From sequence record PZ445428.1: a stretch of DNA of 64,000 nt; one strand, 5' to 3'. The number at the start of each line of letters is the position of its first letter. Positions within the stretch are counted from its first letter, which is position 1. The stretch is from a phage. Positions 53,733-63,523 of the stretch are shown piece after piece. The notes below the pieces were generated by a model. That model was not told where the DNA came from and made no database searches. It was given only the letters and a program-made list of their open reading frames with translations. A program made the position numbers and the translations under genes.

Positions 53733-54013
53733 TTGTTTCTCCGTTTGCTCTTTGGTTTATTATTGGTGCAGTCGTTGCGATTTACAGCTGTGTTGACGAT
53801 GTGTTCTTCTCGAAAAACAAGGCTGTATTGTTAGAGCATATGCGGCGAACTTCCTCAGATATCTTAACCTTCTTTGGTGAGGAAAAGGCATACAAGATCG
53901 CTCTAGCAATATTTATTATATTTGACACATTATTCGGGCCGGTAGCTCTCTACGGATTCTATCGTAAAACCCGCAAGATGAAACAACTCAAAGCTGAATA
54001 CTTTGGGAAGTAA
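53729..54013 (+). CDS. hypothetical membrane protein
   Basis: 94 aa, two hydrophobic helices. Confidence 0.5.
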   Translation: MIVSPFALWFIIGAVVAIYSCVDDVFFSKNKAVLLEHMRRTSSDILTFFGEEKAYKIALAIFIIFDTLFGPVALYGFYRKTRKMKQLKAEYFGK

Positions 54014-54130
54014 AGAACTCGCGTAGGACCGAGTTAGTGTCACCTACTAACGTTACGGAGGGGAGTCGTGCCCCCGACAGGCAAAAGTGGTGAGTTGGTC
54101 GCTGACCTCAATTTTAACTTAGGAGCTAAC

Positions 54131-54475
54131 ATGACTTTTCTTTTAATTATTCTTGTTGCATGGCTGTTGATCGGAGCTGGTTATGCAATTGCACTTACTC
54201 GTCATCTTGATGAATACTCCGCTGAGTGGTTTGTAAAGTATCTACGACTAGACGATAAAGCTGAATCTTTTTCTAGTGAAGATGAACGAAAAGCTGTTAT
54301 GGAAATGACCCCGAAGCAATGTTTACGTTACATGCGTGTTGTTGGCTTCTTTGGTCTATTATTCCTTGGGCCGATTGGTACTACAATCGCCCCGTACAAA
54401 GAAACAGTTGCCGACATCAAACTATGGAGAACTGCTGGATCGCTACGTCGTGCTAGAGAATTGAGTACCAAATAA
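54131..54475 (+). CDS. hypothetical membrane protein
   Basis: Start moved to ATG after TTAGGAGCTAAC; N-terminal TM helix. Confidence 0.45.
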   Translation: MTFLLIILVAWLLIGAGYAIALTRHLDEYSAEWFVKYLRLDDKAESFSSEDERKAVMEMTPKQCLRYMRVVGFFGLLFLGPIGTTIAPYKETVADIKLWRTAGSLRRARELSTK

Positions 54476-54509
54476 GATTGATCTCAAATCAACTTACTAG
54501 CAAAACAAT

Positions 54510-54545
54510 AATGACAAAGCCCAGCCTGCACTTTTGCGACTGGGC
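54510..54545 (+). terminator. intrinsic terminator
   Basis: GCCCAG...CTGGGC hairpin followed by TATTTTT. Confidence 0.45.
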
Positions 54546-54627
54546 TATTTTTGTAATAAAATTTCAGTTGCGTAGATGCCCAAAGTCTTGTATAATATGT
54601 TTATAGATTGAGGCAAAAGGATAATTT

Positions 54628-55326
54628 ATGAGAATCATTTCAAAGTTTAATGATGTTTATGATTTACAGAACAGTTTATTTGACCCCGACCGTGTTTGGG
54701 AACGTAAATCAGACGAGATTCTGGTAAAAGTAACTGAAGATGTAGAAAAGAACATCGTTCATGATCGCCAAGTATTTCAAGAAGGCTCTATGTCCTTCCG
54801 CGGTGACTTCGAGTATCATGTAAATCCACTATTCGTTGCAGGTGAAGTGTACTGGTTACATGGGTTATACTGCTGGCATCCAAAATTCAGCTTCAAAACG
54901 TTTAATCTCGATGCAGTGTTCGACAAAATGGAAGAAATGGGATTACACGCTCGCTCTTACTTACTAGACAAAAGTCGTGGTGATGTTCGAGAATCCATGC
55001 GAGATATGCTGATTGAGGCAAAACCAAAAGCAGAACGTATCTTATCTGAGCTGAGAGTACCGATTGCGTATGTGAAGGGTATTAAGAAGAACGACAACGA
55101 TGATATTCGTAACTTCGTTATTCAGACCAACATTCGTTTCCATCAGTCAGGTATTCCGTGGCAGGAAATTGAAAGTAACTTATATCGTTTACACCAAGTT
55201 CTCGAACAGTATATCTTCGGAGTGCTAGGAACTGGTGAGCCTGATATGATCACCGTATCAGATAAAGACAGGTTAGCAGCTCATGGTTTCGATACAAAAA
55301 CTTCTTTCAGGAATATGGCAAGGTAA
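54628..55326 (+). CDS. hypothetical protein
   Basis: 232-aa ORF after promoter TTGCGT-17-TATAAT. Confidence 0.55.
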   Translation: MRIISKFNDVYDLQNSLFDPDRVWERKSDEILVKVTEDVEKNIVHDRQVFQEGSMSFRGDFEYHVNPLFVAGEVYWLHGLYCWHPKFSFKTFNLDAVFDKMEEMGLHARSYLLDKSRGDVRESMRDMLIEAKPKAERILSELRVPIAYVKGIKKNDNDDIRNFVIQTNIRFHQSGIPWQEIESNLYRLHQVLEQYIFGVLGTGEPDMITVSDKDRLAAHGFDTKTSFRNMAR

Positions 55327-55732
55327 GTGGTATATTCTGGGAGCTGGACTAGCGATAGGCATCGGATTTGGTGCTTATCATCTAGTAAATAAGGTAGAGA
55401 CTTTAGCAGGAGATCTAGCGGTAGCTACTAAAAAGATCTCAACTCTAGAAACTTCCTTAAACAAGGTGAAAGCAGAGAGTGAACAGCGTGAAACACGCAT
55501 GAATCAATACTTCACTTTCCACAACATTTCACAACAAGATCTTGATAAAAAGATCGCCCAGCTTGATAAAGCTCTTAGTCGTCAAGACATTATAGCTGCA
55601 AAGCCTGGACTGGTAACATTAATAGCTAAAAAGCAGAGTAAAGAGTTCGAGGAAAGATTAGCATGTTTAACTGGAAACTTGGAATACTGCTCGCAGCCGC
55701 AATCACCGTCACAGGCTGCGCAGAAACGGTAG
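55283..55732 (+). CDS. candidate i-spanin-like protein (N-terminal TM plus coiled coil)
   Basis: TM segment WYILGAGLAIGIGFGAYHLV followed by heptad-rich region; 3' end overlapped out-of-frame by the lipoprotein gene. Confidence 0.4.
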   Translation: MVSIQKLLSGIWQGKWYILGAGLAIGIGFGAYHLVNKVETLAGDLAVATKKISTLETSLNKVKAESEQRETRMNQYFTFHNISQQDLDKKIAQLDKALSRQDIIAAKPGLVTLIAKKQSKEFEERLACLTGNLEYCSQPQSPSQAAQKR

Positions 55733-56016
55733 TACCAGAGCCGTCACATGAGTTAAAGCAAGCCCATGTGGATTGGCCTAAAGGACTTCAGCCTTGTAGC
55801 TTTGATTTCAAATTCGAAAAGAAACTAGCTACAAATGGTGAAGATGGCGTAGTAGTTGTTGTACCGTATAAAGATTGGAATATGTTAGCGAAATGTCGTG
55901 AGGCAGAATTTTCGTATATTTCAAGACTGACTAGTATGGTTTGCTTCTACCGCCAAGATTTACAAGAACAACGTTGCTTAGTTTACTATCCACCCATTAC
56001 AAATAGGAAAGATTAA
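55663..56016 (+). CDS. lipoprotein, candidate o-spanin-like
   Basis: Signal peptide with lipobox LAAAITVTGC; five further Cys; overlaps the upstream gene by about 70 nt in another frame. Confidence 0.4.
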   Translation: MFNWKLGILLAAAITVTGCAETVVPEPSHELKQAHVDWPKGLQPCSFDFKFEKKLATNGEDGVVVVVPYKDWNMLAKCREAEFSYISRLTSMVCFYRQDLQEQRCLVYYPPITNRKD

Positions 56017-56762
56017 TGTCAGTATTAGTCGGTTTACATGGTGAGGCTGGTGCGGGGAAAGATACCGTAGCAAAATTGATGTTAGAATGGTGCAATGATA
56101 CGTTCCCAACGTATTTAGCCCGCCAATACAGTTTTGCTAAACCCGTTTACGAACTTGCATCCGTAATCCTCGGGGTAACTCCAGAGTTTCTGGGAGAGCG
56201 CAGGGGAAAAGAGGTTAGTCAATGGTTTAATGTGACTCAATCTCAATTGGAGCGAGCTAGGGATGTGTGGTTTAAATACGGAATCGACAAATATGAAGAC
56301 TTCTCGTACGTTTGGCCGATTTTTGAAGGAAAATACCTTGATCCTCAGCAGCTTATCAGTCAGGAGGAAGCACTATATAGTGTATTTATCTCCCCAAGAA
56401 AGATGCTACAGCTTGTAGGTACTGAGTTAGGAAGGCAGCTGGTGCATGAACGCATTTGGCTCATAATTCTGGAGCAATCCATCGCTAAAGACGACCCAGA
56501 CGTCGCCGTAGTAACAGATGTGAGATTCCCTAATGAAGGAGAGTTGATCAGAGAAACAAATCGTCTAGATATGGATTCTCTGTTAGTAAATGTCGTACCC
56601 GCGGAACGTGAATATACTATAAAGACAAACCATCCGTCAGAAAATGGTATTCCCGTTAAATACATTACTCACGAATTTGTTAATACATTCGAGGGTATGC
56701 ACAACCTTAAACTAGAAGTAAATAACTTCTGTGACTTAGAGCTAGAACCACTAGTTGGATAA
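56016..56762 (+). CDS. deoxynucleoside monophosphate kinase
   Basis: P-loop GLHGEAGAGKDT of the T4 gp1 type. Confidence 0.6.
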   Translation: MSVLVGLHGEAGAGKDTVAKLMLEWCNDTFPTYLARQYSFAKPVYELASVILGVTPEFLGERRGKEVSQWFNVTQSQLERARDVWFKYGIDKYEDFSYVWPIFEGKYLDPQQLISQEEALYSVFISPRKMLQLVGTELGRQLVHERIWLIILEQSIAKDDPDVAVVTDVRFPNEGELIRETNRLDMDSLLVNVVPAEREYTIKTNHPSENGIPVKYITHEFVNTFEGMHNLKLEVNNFCDLELEPLVG

Positions 56763-56775
56763 TTAAAGGATCACT

Positions 56776-57375
56776 ATGACTAATAAGAAAGAAGAGAAGA
56801 CTAACCTGTTTCACACTGTTCGCCAATCTAACGAATATACCTTTTTCTTTGACGAAGAATTAGGTTCACCAGATGAGTATCGTGATCTTTCAATGATACT
56901 GATGCAGGCTGGTGAAGAAGATGAAATTAATCTGATGATTAATGGGCCTGGTGGTTATGTTGATACTGCTGCACAGCTATCTAACCTGATTGCCAACTGT
57001 CGTGGAACGGTTATTGGACACCTGCTCGGTCCTAGTGCCTCTGCTTACTGCACAATCTTCCTGTCTTGCCACGGTTGGGTTGTACATCCACATGCTACGC
57101 TTATGGGACATACGTTCTCTGGCGGATTCTGTGAGAAAGGTCAAGAAATCAAGAAAGCCTATGAATCTTACAACCAGTTCGTAGAAGATATGATGCTCGA
57201 TGTTTACTTCCCGTTCTTCTCCATCGATGAAATCGAGGATATGGTAAAAGAGAATAAAAATATCTATCTCGACAGCAAAGAAATCAATAAGCGTATTGAA
57301 GTATTGGCGAACTATCGCAAAGAGCAGTACAGTAAAGCTCAATGCCCTCATCCAGAAGAACATGGAGAAGTGTAA
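56776..57375 (+). CDS. ClpP/S14-family peptidase-like protein
   Basis: INGPGGYVDTAAQLSNLI, GPSASAYCTIFL and MGHTFSGGF align with ClpP catalytic-core segments. Confidence 0.6.
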   Translation: MTNKKEEKTNLFHTVRQSNEYTFFFDEELGSPDEYRDLSMILMQAGEEDEINLMINGPGGYVDTAAQLSNLIANCRGTVIGHLLGPSASAYCTIFLSCHGWVVHPHATLMGHTFSGGFCEKGQEIKKAYESYNQFVEDMMLDVYFPFFSIDEIEDMVKENKNIYLDSKEINKRIEVLANYRKEQYSKAQCPHPEEHGEV

Positions 57376-57385
57376 GTAATTTTAA

Positions 57386-57416
57386 GCCAGAGTTTAACGA
57401 CTCTGGCTTTTCTTTT
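57386..57416 (+). terminator. intrinsic terminator
   Basis: GCCAGAG...CTCTGGC hairpin followed by TTTTCTTTT. Confidence 0.7.
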
Positions 57417-57531
57417 GCCTAAAATTCTTCTTGACAACGATAAAAAATTGTGCTCCAGAAGTGAACTTTAAAAACACGTTGTAATTTTCCTCTAGACTTA
57501 GTATAATGGTAATGGTTAGAGGAGGTTACAA

Positions 57532-58188
57532 GTGGAAAAGTTTCTACAACTATTAACGGTACTGCTCCAAGAAGCGAAAGATCCAGCTTCGCTTCTAAAA
57601 CGTCTGCTAACTATCTTAGTTGCTGTCATTATTTTCTTATTTGTTAGTAATACTAGCGAGGTGATGTCATTTTTAAAGACTTTCTCCACGTCTGCGGTTT
57701 TACAGGATGTTCAAACCCAAAGGATCGATAACTTTCCTAATATAGCTCGAGAAAAGAGTATGGTGCTTTTCTCGCAAACGGGTGCGGATGCTGTTTTTGT
57801 AGTCAAGTATAAACCCGATGCTATTAATGATTATTCCAACATTATCGCATGGGAGAGCAATGCGCAATTAGATAGGGCTGACTTGGCCGATAAAGCAGTA
57901 AATAAGACGTCTGAAATGTATAGACGTCACCTGGAAGGCTTTAACTACGCTTCGGACTTAACTGTAAAGATTAATAAATATATGGGGGCAAATATCCCTA
58001 CGTTTAAGAACGTTACATTTAATTATATTTACACGTGTCCGTATTTCAACCTGAATAATATCTACGCTGGATATGTAGGTATTGCATGGAAGGATAAACC
58101 CGTAGATACAGCTGACTCGGAACAATTTAACGAGTACTTAACAAAGCTTTGCTCACCGCAGCAAAGATCATTAGGTAGATCTATATGA
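57532..58188 (+). CDS. holin-like membrane protein
   Basis: GTG start; N-terminal TM LLTILVAVIIFLFV; immediately upstream of and overlapping the endolysin gene. Confidence 0.5.
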   Translation: MEKFLQLLTVLLQEAKDPASLLKRLLTILVAVIIFLFVSNTSEVMSFLKTFSTSAVLQDVQTQRIDNFPNIAREKSMVLFSQTGADAVFVVKYKPDAINDYSNIIAWESNAQLDRADLADKAVNKTSEMYRRHLEGFNYASDLTVKINKYMGANIPTFKNVTFNYIYTCPYFNLNNIYAGYVGIAWKDKPVDTADSEQFNEYLTKLCSPQQRSLGRSI

Positions 58189-58598
58189 GTTTTAAATTTG
58201 GTAAAAATAGCGAAAAACAACTTGCTACTGTAAAACCCGAGCTACAAAAGGTAGCTCGGAGAGCATTAGAACTGTCTCCTTACGATTTTACTATCGTTCA
58301 AGGGATTCGTACTGTTGCTCAAAGTGCCCAAAACATTGCTAATGGCACATCATTCCTCAAAGATCCTAGTAAGAGTAAACACGTTACTGGAGATGCAATC
58401 GATTTTGCACCATATATTAATGGTAAGATTGATTGGAACGATCTTGAGGCATTTTGGGCTGTTAAGAAGGCTTTCGAACAAGCTGGAAAAGAATTGGGCG
58501 TGAAACTTCGTTTCGGGGCTGACTGGAATGCATCTAACGATTATCGTGATGAAATTCAACGTGGTACCTACGACGGTGGTCATGTAGAATTGGTTTAA
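58185..58598 (+). CDS. endolysin, M15-family L-alanyl-D-glutamate peptidase
   Basis: 137 aa; zinc-ligand motifs SKHVTGDAIDF and DGGHVEL; matches the size and family of the T5 endolysin. Confidence 0.8.
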   Translation: MSFKFGKNSEKQLATVKPELQKVARRALELSPYDFTIVQGIRTVAQSAQNIANGTSFLKDPSKSKHVTGDAIDFAPYINGKIDWNDLEAFWAVKKAFEQAGKELGVKLRFGADWNASNDYRDEIQRGTYDGGHVELV

Positions 58599-58610
58599 AT
58601 AGTAAGGTAA

Positions 58611-58631
58611 GGCGGGGTTCTCCCGCCTTTT
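58611..58631 (+). terminator. intrinsic terminator after endolysin
   Basis: GGCGGG-gttct-CCCGCC followed by TTTT. Confidence 0.65.
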
Positions 58632-58673
58632 AAAGCAAAGGGGGCTTTAATAACTTAATGATAGGAGAAAGCC

Positions 58674-59090
58674 ATGTTTGCAGAACTATTCACAATGACG
58701 CTATTAGGTATCTGGAAAATAAGTCTGATAGTGTTCGTCTTAATGATAATTTTAACTATAGTCGCACTAGTCACCCAAAATGACCTACTAAAAAGAGTCA
58801 TCCAAGGGCTAGAGTATATAATTATGGGCACATTCGGTGTTTGCAAATGTAAATGCCAGAGGAATACGAAATATTGTTGGTTATGGATGGAATTAGAAAG
58901 CTGTCTATCTGTCGCCTTGGCTGTCTCATTCGGTATGATTCTTATGGCCCTTACTCTAGCACTGATACCATTAATGCTGGCTGGGGGAGTCACGGCTTAT
59001 TTCACTCTTTTCTCCCCTATACTTATGTATTCAATCTACCCAATCACTATGTTCTTAGTGAGGAAGAGATTCCCGCATATTGCACATTAA
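58674..59090 (+). CDS. hypothetical multi-pass membrane protein
   Basis: 138 aa, three or four TM segments; AGGAGAAAGCC upstream. Confidence 0.5.
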   Translation: MFAELFTMTLLGIWKISLIVFVLMIILTIVALVTQNDLLKRVIQGLEYIIMGTFGVCKCKCQRNTKYCWLWMELESCLSVALAVSFGMILMALTLALIPLMLAGGVTAYFTLFSPILMYSIYPITMFLVRKRFPHIAH

Positions 59091-59163
59091 GATAAAAAAG
59101 TAATTGACTTCCTGCTTAAATTTTTATATAATATATGTATAAATTGAATCAGAGGAGTTCACT

Positions 59164-59574
59164 ATGTCAGATCGTTTCTATACTCAGATGGCCAACCATT
59201 ACAATATGGCTCCGTATGAATTGAACATCGCATTACGTGACCTCGATTCACCAGAGCGTCAGAAACTTGAGAAAAAGGCGGGAATTCGTATGTCTAGCAA
59301 GGGCAAAAAACTTACTCGTATTGACTTAAATACTATGCTAATGGAAGAGCTTGGCAGAAACATTGAAGGTCAAAAACTGCCTCTCAATGTGTTAGAATTG
59401 ATGCTGGATAAAGTCAAGAAGAAAACTTATAAGAAAGTAGAAGTACCAGAAGGCAGGCTAAAAGCCCCTTATCAGGCTGCTGTATCCGAGTGCTTGGGAG
59501 CTACTTTAGATATGAGCACTGCGACTGTTAAAGTAATGAAGGCATTTTTGGAGGCCATTAATAAACATGAGTAA
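59164..59574 (+). CDS. hypothetical protein
   Basis: 136-aa ORF after promoter TTGACT...TATAAT. Confidence 0.5.
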   Translation: MSDRFYTQMANHYNMAPYELNIALRDLDSPERQKLEKKAGIRMSSKGKKLTRIDLNTMLMEELGRNIEGQKLPLNVLELMLDKVKKKTYKKVEVPEGRLKAPYQAAVSECLGATLDMSTATVKVMKAFLEAINKHE

Positions 59575-59857
59575 ATTAGTATATCTGTTAAAGGGATCTA
59601 CCTGCAATCCGTGCAAACTTTTCGAGCCTGTGTTCGATAAAGTAGTGGATGAATACAGTTTGGAAGTCCATAAGGAAACTGATAATACTGAGCTAATGCA
59701 GAAGTTTGGTGTACGCCAAGTTCCTGTTGTGGTTCTAGCAGATCGTCTCCCGAACGGTCGTATTGAGGCTAATCATATTATGGTTGGTCGTCAGCTTCGT
59801 AAAGAAACTATGCACGAGGCTATCAAAACATTCCTGGAAGATAATCCAGAAGATTAA
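59567..59857 (+). CDS. thioredoxin/glutaredoxin-like protein
   Basis: CNPC dithiol motif near N-terminus and later VPVVVL element; 96 aa. Confidence 0.5.
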   Translation: MSKLVYLLKGSTCNPCKLFEPVFDKVVDEYSLEVHKETDNTELMQKFGVRQVPVVVLADRLPNGRIEANHIMVGRQLRKETMHEAIKTFLEDNPED

Positions 59858-59864
59858 TAATTCA

Positions 59865-59896
59865 ACCCAGATCTTAGCTGATCTGGGTTTTTTATT
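59865..59896 (+). terminator. intrinsic terminator
   Basis: ACCCAGATC...GATCTGGGT hairpin followed by TTTTTTATT. Confidence 0.75.
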
Positions 59897-59961
59897 AGTT
59901 GCTAAACGCTAAAATTTTTGATATAATATACATATAAATTGATGAGAGGAGTATCAAATAA

Positions 59962-60342
59962 ATGAATTACGCTTACTTAATAATCCATAATAACGTAGTT
60001 TGTGGTACTCGCGCTGTCGAAATGGGTATCACAGAAGAAAAGTATAACTCTTTGTCTGAATCGGAGCAAGAATACTATGTCGAACAAGCTGCTTGGGAAT
60101 ATGCTGAAGCTTATCCCGAAGAACGTGAAGGCCGCGTTACTATTGTTGTGTCTTTGGGCTTGGTTGGCTGTGATACCGAAGTTGATACAGATTTAGAAAC
60201 GCTTGAAGAATGGGAAGAGCTAGATATTGGCGAACAAAACGCTATTATCAAAACATCTTTCTGGGAAGCAGTAGACTGCCATGTAGTCTTTGAGCCTAAC
60301 GATAACGAAGCTGAAAAGCACACTAATTGGATGACTCGATAA
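59962..60342 (+). CDS. hypothetical acidic protein
   Basis: 126-aa ORF after promoter TTGCTA-17-TATAAT. Confidence 0.5.
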   Translation: MNYAYLIIHNNVVCGTRAVEMGITEEKYNSLSESEQEYYVEQAAWEYAEAYPEEREGRVTIVVSLGLVGCDTEVDTDLETLEEWEELDIGEQNAIIKTSFWEAVDCHVVFEPNDNEAEKHTNWMTR

Positions 60343-61205
60343 TGAAAAAAGAATTTAATGTACATGAAACGCTGGTAGTTCCTGATACCGCTAACCTGTT
60401 CTTCGTAGGTGATATTCATGGTTGCCATGATATGCTGGAAGATGCACTCAAACTAGCAGGATACAAGGATCGTCGTGACTATGTTGTTTGCGTTGGTGAT
60501 CTAATCGACCGTGGTAAGCAGAATTTACAGGTTCTAGCGAAGTTCCTTTACAACCCACGTTTCCGCAGCGTTCGTGGCAATCATGATCAGTTTATGATTG
60601 GTGGCGACTATGCCAACTGGATGTACAACGGTGGTAGTTGGGCAATGAATGATATGGATACTGATACCATTAAGGGTATTGCAGCAGATATGGCTGAAAA
60701 ACTTCCAGTATTCATGACTATTCTGCATCGTGGCAAGAAGTATGGCGTAGTTCATGGTGGTGTCCCATTCCAATATAAGGATAATGGGAATGATGTACAT
60801 AAACCTAACTGGGATACTATCATTCAGACTATCGAAGCCAGCAAACTCGATAAGAATGATCATCCAGCATATTACATCGAGCCTTATCTGTGGGATCGTG
60901 ATGTAATTCAGGAAATTGGGTTCAATCTGGCACGTCAAGGTGCTACAGATGAGTATTTCCAGCGGTACGCTAGCTTTAAGGCAGAATTAGTAATGGAAGT
61001 ACCTCCGGTGGATGGTGTGGATTTCGTATTCCATGGTCATACTGGTGTTCCATATCCAATTCTGTACCAGAACCGTGTTTACCTCGATACTGGCGGTGTT
61101 TTCAACGGCAAGTTGACGGTTGCGCAAGTTAGTGATGATGCTAACAAAATTATAACGTTTACCACAGATCGTGATGATAGCTGTGGTGTGCAGAGGGTTC
61201 TCTAA
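60342..61205 (+). CDS. Ser/Thr protein phosphatase (calcineurin-like)
   Basis: GDIHGCHD, GDLIDRG and GNHD motifs. Confidence 0.75.
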   Translation: MKKEFNVHETLVVPDTANLFFVGDIHGCHDMLEDALKLAGYKDRRDYVVCVGDLIDRGKQNLQVLAKFLYNPRFRSVRGNHDQFMIGGDYANWMYNGGSWAMNDMDTDTIKGIAADMAEKLPVFMTILHRGKKYGVVHGGVPFQYKDNGNDVHKPNWDTIIQTIEASKLDKNDHPAYYIEPYLWDRDVIQEIGFNLARQGATDEYFQRYASFKAELVMEVPPVDGVDFVFHGHTGVPYPILYQNRVYLDTGGVFNGKLTVAQVSDDANKIITFTTDRDDSCGVQRVL

Positions 61206-61579
61206 TGGAACGCGAAGAACGTTACATAGTTATAAAGCTAGCCGATATTGAGAAAGCCCTAGAATTAGGGCATATCAATCAAAGCAACATTACTACGCTA
61301 GAGCATATCGTTACTAAGATATGGTATAGTCGTAATCAGCGTGGTAAAGAGGATCTCAAAACTGTCGTGGTAGAACAAGATTGGCCTGAATATGAAAAAG
61401 TTTGGGAAATGCTTGAAGAACGGGATGAAAAAGAAGACTATGCCAACTCTGAGTATAATAGTGGGTGGGATAATGCATTAATGCATATAGGTAGTGGCGA
61501 GAAACCTTACCTAATAAGAGGTATTAGCCCTTACGCTACAGGTTGGAATACTTATATGAAATCCTTGAGGAATGAATAA
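61205..61579 (+). CDS. hypothetical protein
   Basis: 124-aa ORF. Confidence 0.5.
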   Translation: MEREERYIVIKLADIEKALELGHINQSNITTLEHIVTKIWYSRNQRGKEDLKTVVVEQDWPEYEKVWEMLEERDEKEDYANSEYNSGWDNALMHIGSGEKPYLIRGISPYATGWNTYMKSLRNE

Positions 61580-62202
61580 TGAAAGTTAAATTCTGGTCGG
61601 ATTTGCACTTAGACCACCCAGGGACATTACGTTTCCGTCCATGGTTTAAGAACATGAAAGAGCACGATGAATATATTCTGGATACCCTATCCAAGCACAT
61701 CGGCAAGCGTACTAAGCTCGTCCTGCTAGGAGACATTGCAGTAGGTCGTGAAGGTCTGGCAAAATTAAAATCGGTTATCTACAACGTGCCGAACCAACTT
61801 ATCCTGGGCAACCATGATGCTGAACGTCAGGGTCTGCGTATTAAAGATCTTGTAGACGTTTACGATGATATTCAGGCTCTAGGTAAGCAGACTGGTGGTG
61901 GCAAGAAGTTCTGGCTGTCACACTGCCCATTGCACGAAGCTGAACTTCGGGGTAAGGTAAACATCCACGGACACGTTCACACCAATTCTGTACGTGACCA
62001 ACGTTATATCAACGTTTCATTTGAAATGAGCAAGACACCGATTACTCTAGAAGATATCGTGTCTGGTAAGTATCAGACGTGGAACAAGATTGTTGACCCA
62101 ATTACTGGTGTTGTATCTGAAATTAGCCAAGATATGGTTGATATCCTTAGTAAGGGGTTTACTTTCGCTGATGGACACCCTGTGAGGACTAACAATGTTT
62201 GA
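61579..62202 (+). CDS. calcineurin-like metallophosphoesterase
   Basis: DLHLDH, LGDIAVG, GNHD and GHVH motifs. Confidence 0.65.
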   Translation: MKVKFWSDLHLDHPGTLRFRPWFKNMKEHDEYILDTLSKHIGKRTKLVLLGDIAVGREGLAKLKSVIYNVPNQLILGNHDAERQGLRIKDLVDVYDDIQALGKQTGGGKKFWLSHCPLHEAELRGKVNIHGHVHTNSVRDQRYINVSFEMSKTPITLEDIVSGKYQTWNKIVDPITGVVSEISQDMVDILSKGFTFADGHPVRTNNV

Positions 62203-62296
62203 TTTTGATGGAATGGCTCGTGAAATATTTATTGCGATAGCAATAGTAGTTCTTATTTCTTTCTTCACTGGCCTAGGAATAGGCCTTTTATTTTAA
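62195..62296 (+). CDS. hypothetical 33-aa hydrophobic peptide
   Basis: MFDFDGMAREIFIAIAIVVLISFFTGLGIGLLF; below the ORF-track size cut-off. Confidence 0.25.
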   Translation: MFDFDGMAREIFIAIAIVVLISFFTGLGIGLLF

Positions 62297-62363
62297 AACT
62301 TCAGTTGCTAAAATGCTTTAATTTCTGTATAATTACTTTATAAATTGATGAGAAGGAATCAAA

Positions 62364-62795
62364 ATGCAAAAGGTTGATAAAGCACTCTTAATCGCAGCAG
62401 CAGATAAGTTTGAACAAGTTAAAGCTACTTTTAGAGCAGTCTTCCAGACCTATGTTCAAGACAAATCAAACCCTATTTCTGAACGTTTGATGATGTGGGA
62501 ATGTTTTGCTTGTAATGCTCTGCTAATTTCCGATTATAAGGGAGAAGTATCTGAGGAGTTACACGAGATCTTTATTAATGAAGATACTCCACGCTATCAG
62601 TTAGTGAACTTCCAAGATCTGGCTGAGCAAGTTATTCCTGATGATCTTTGGGACAAGTATTACGGTGATCCTGAAGAAGATGGTATGGAACCTGAGAAGT
62701 GCATCGAACTGATCTGTAAAGATCATCCGCATATTGCGGAAAAGTTTGAAGCGGTATTTGCTTCTGAGTTCTCCGGTTTTGTGAATGACTGGTAA
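62364..62795 (+). CDS. hypothetical protein
   Basis: 143-aa ORF after promoter TTGCTA...TATAAT. Confidence 0.5.
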   Translation: MQKVDKALLIAAADKFEQVKATFRAVFQTYVQDKSNPISERLMMWECFACNALLISDYKGEVSEELHEIFINEDTPRYQLVNFQDLAEQVIPDDLWDKYYGDPEEDGMEPEKCIELICKDHPHIAEKFEAVFASEFSGFVNDW

Positions 62796-62873
62796 TTAAT
62801 TTAAAAATTCACTTGCTTGATGCTTCAAAATGCTGTATAATAGCTTCATAAATTAATGAGAGAGGATTCAAAC

Positions 62874-63125
62874 ATGGAAAACATGACTAAAAACGAAATG
62901 GCAAACGTATTGGCTATCCTGCTGGATATGCAGGGTCTGGAAGGTCAGCTGATGAAGATGTCCATTCCGGCAATGAAGAAGATGTATGATTCTCTGAACA
63001 AGAACGCTATGGCATTCAACCTCGCTAAACAAGAAGCACGTTTTGCGAAAGAGCATCAGGCAACTGCCGAACGTCGTGCAGCTTCCTTTGAGCGTGAAGT
63101 TAAACAACTGAAAGGTAAGAAATAA
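62874..63125 (+). CDS. hypothetical protein
   Basis: Start moved to ATG after GAGAGGATTCAAAC. Confidence 0.45.
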   Translation: MENMTKNEMANVLAILLDMQGLEGQLMKMSIPAMKKMYDSLNKNAMAFNLAKQEARFAKEHQATAERRAASFEREVKQLKGKK

Positions 63126-63523
63126 TGACTAATGGAAAATTCTTACTTGTACTAGGGCTGAATGCTCTAGTTTCTATAGCTATCACACTCGGTGTTACTG
63201 ATTTTATGCTCAACCAACATGAGAAGAAGGAAGCACTTGAGCAAGTATATATTAGCCCTGAAATTAAAGCACAGGCAGAACGTAATAAAATGCTCGCAGA
63301 AGCAAACCTTGTGCTTAATCAAGCAGAGTTTGATAAAGCTCTCTCGATATATTCAGGTGCTAAAATAAAAGATGCGCATGTGCTAAAGGATTTAGAAGAA
63401 ATAAAGCATCAAATTGAAGAGGCCAAAAGATTTTGTAAATCAATTGACCAATCTTTAGAAAAAATCACGTTCTATAGAACTATAAGCCCATATATTGAGT
63501 GTGGTCATGGAGTAGTTAAATGA
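63125..63523 (+). CDS. hypothetical membrane-anchored protein
   Basis: 132 aa, N-terminal hydrophobic segment. Confidence 0.5.
   Translation: MTNGKFLLVLGLNALVSIAITLGVTDFMLNQHEKKEALEQVYISPEIKAQAERNKMLAEANLVLNQAEFDKALSIYSGAKIKDAHVLKDLEEIKHQIEEAKRFCKSIDQSLEKITFYRTISPYIECGHGVVK

Noticed and set aside
58350-58993. Minus-strand ORFs antisense to endolysin and the membrane protein
   Set aside because: Shadow frames without upstream expression signals.
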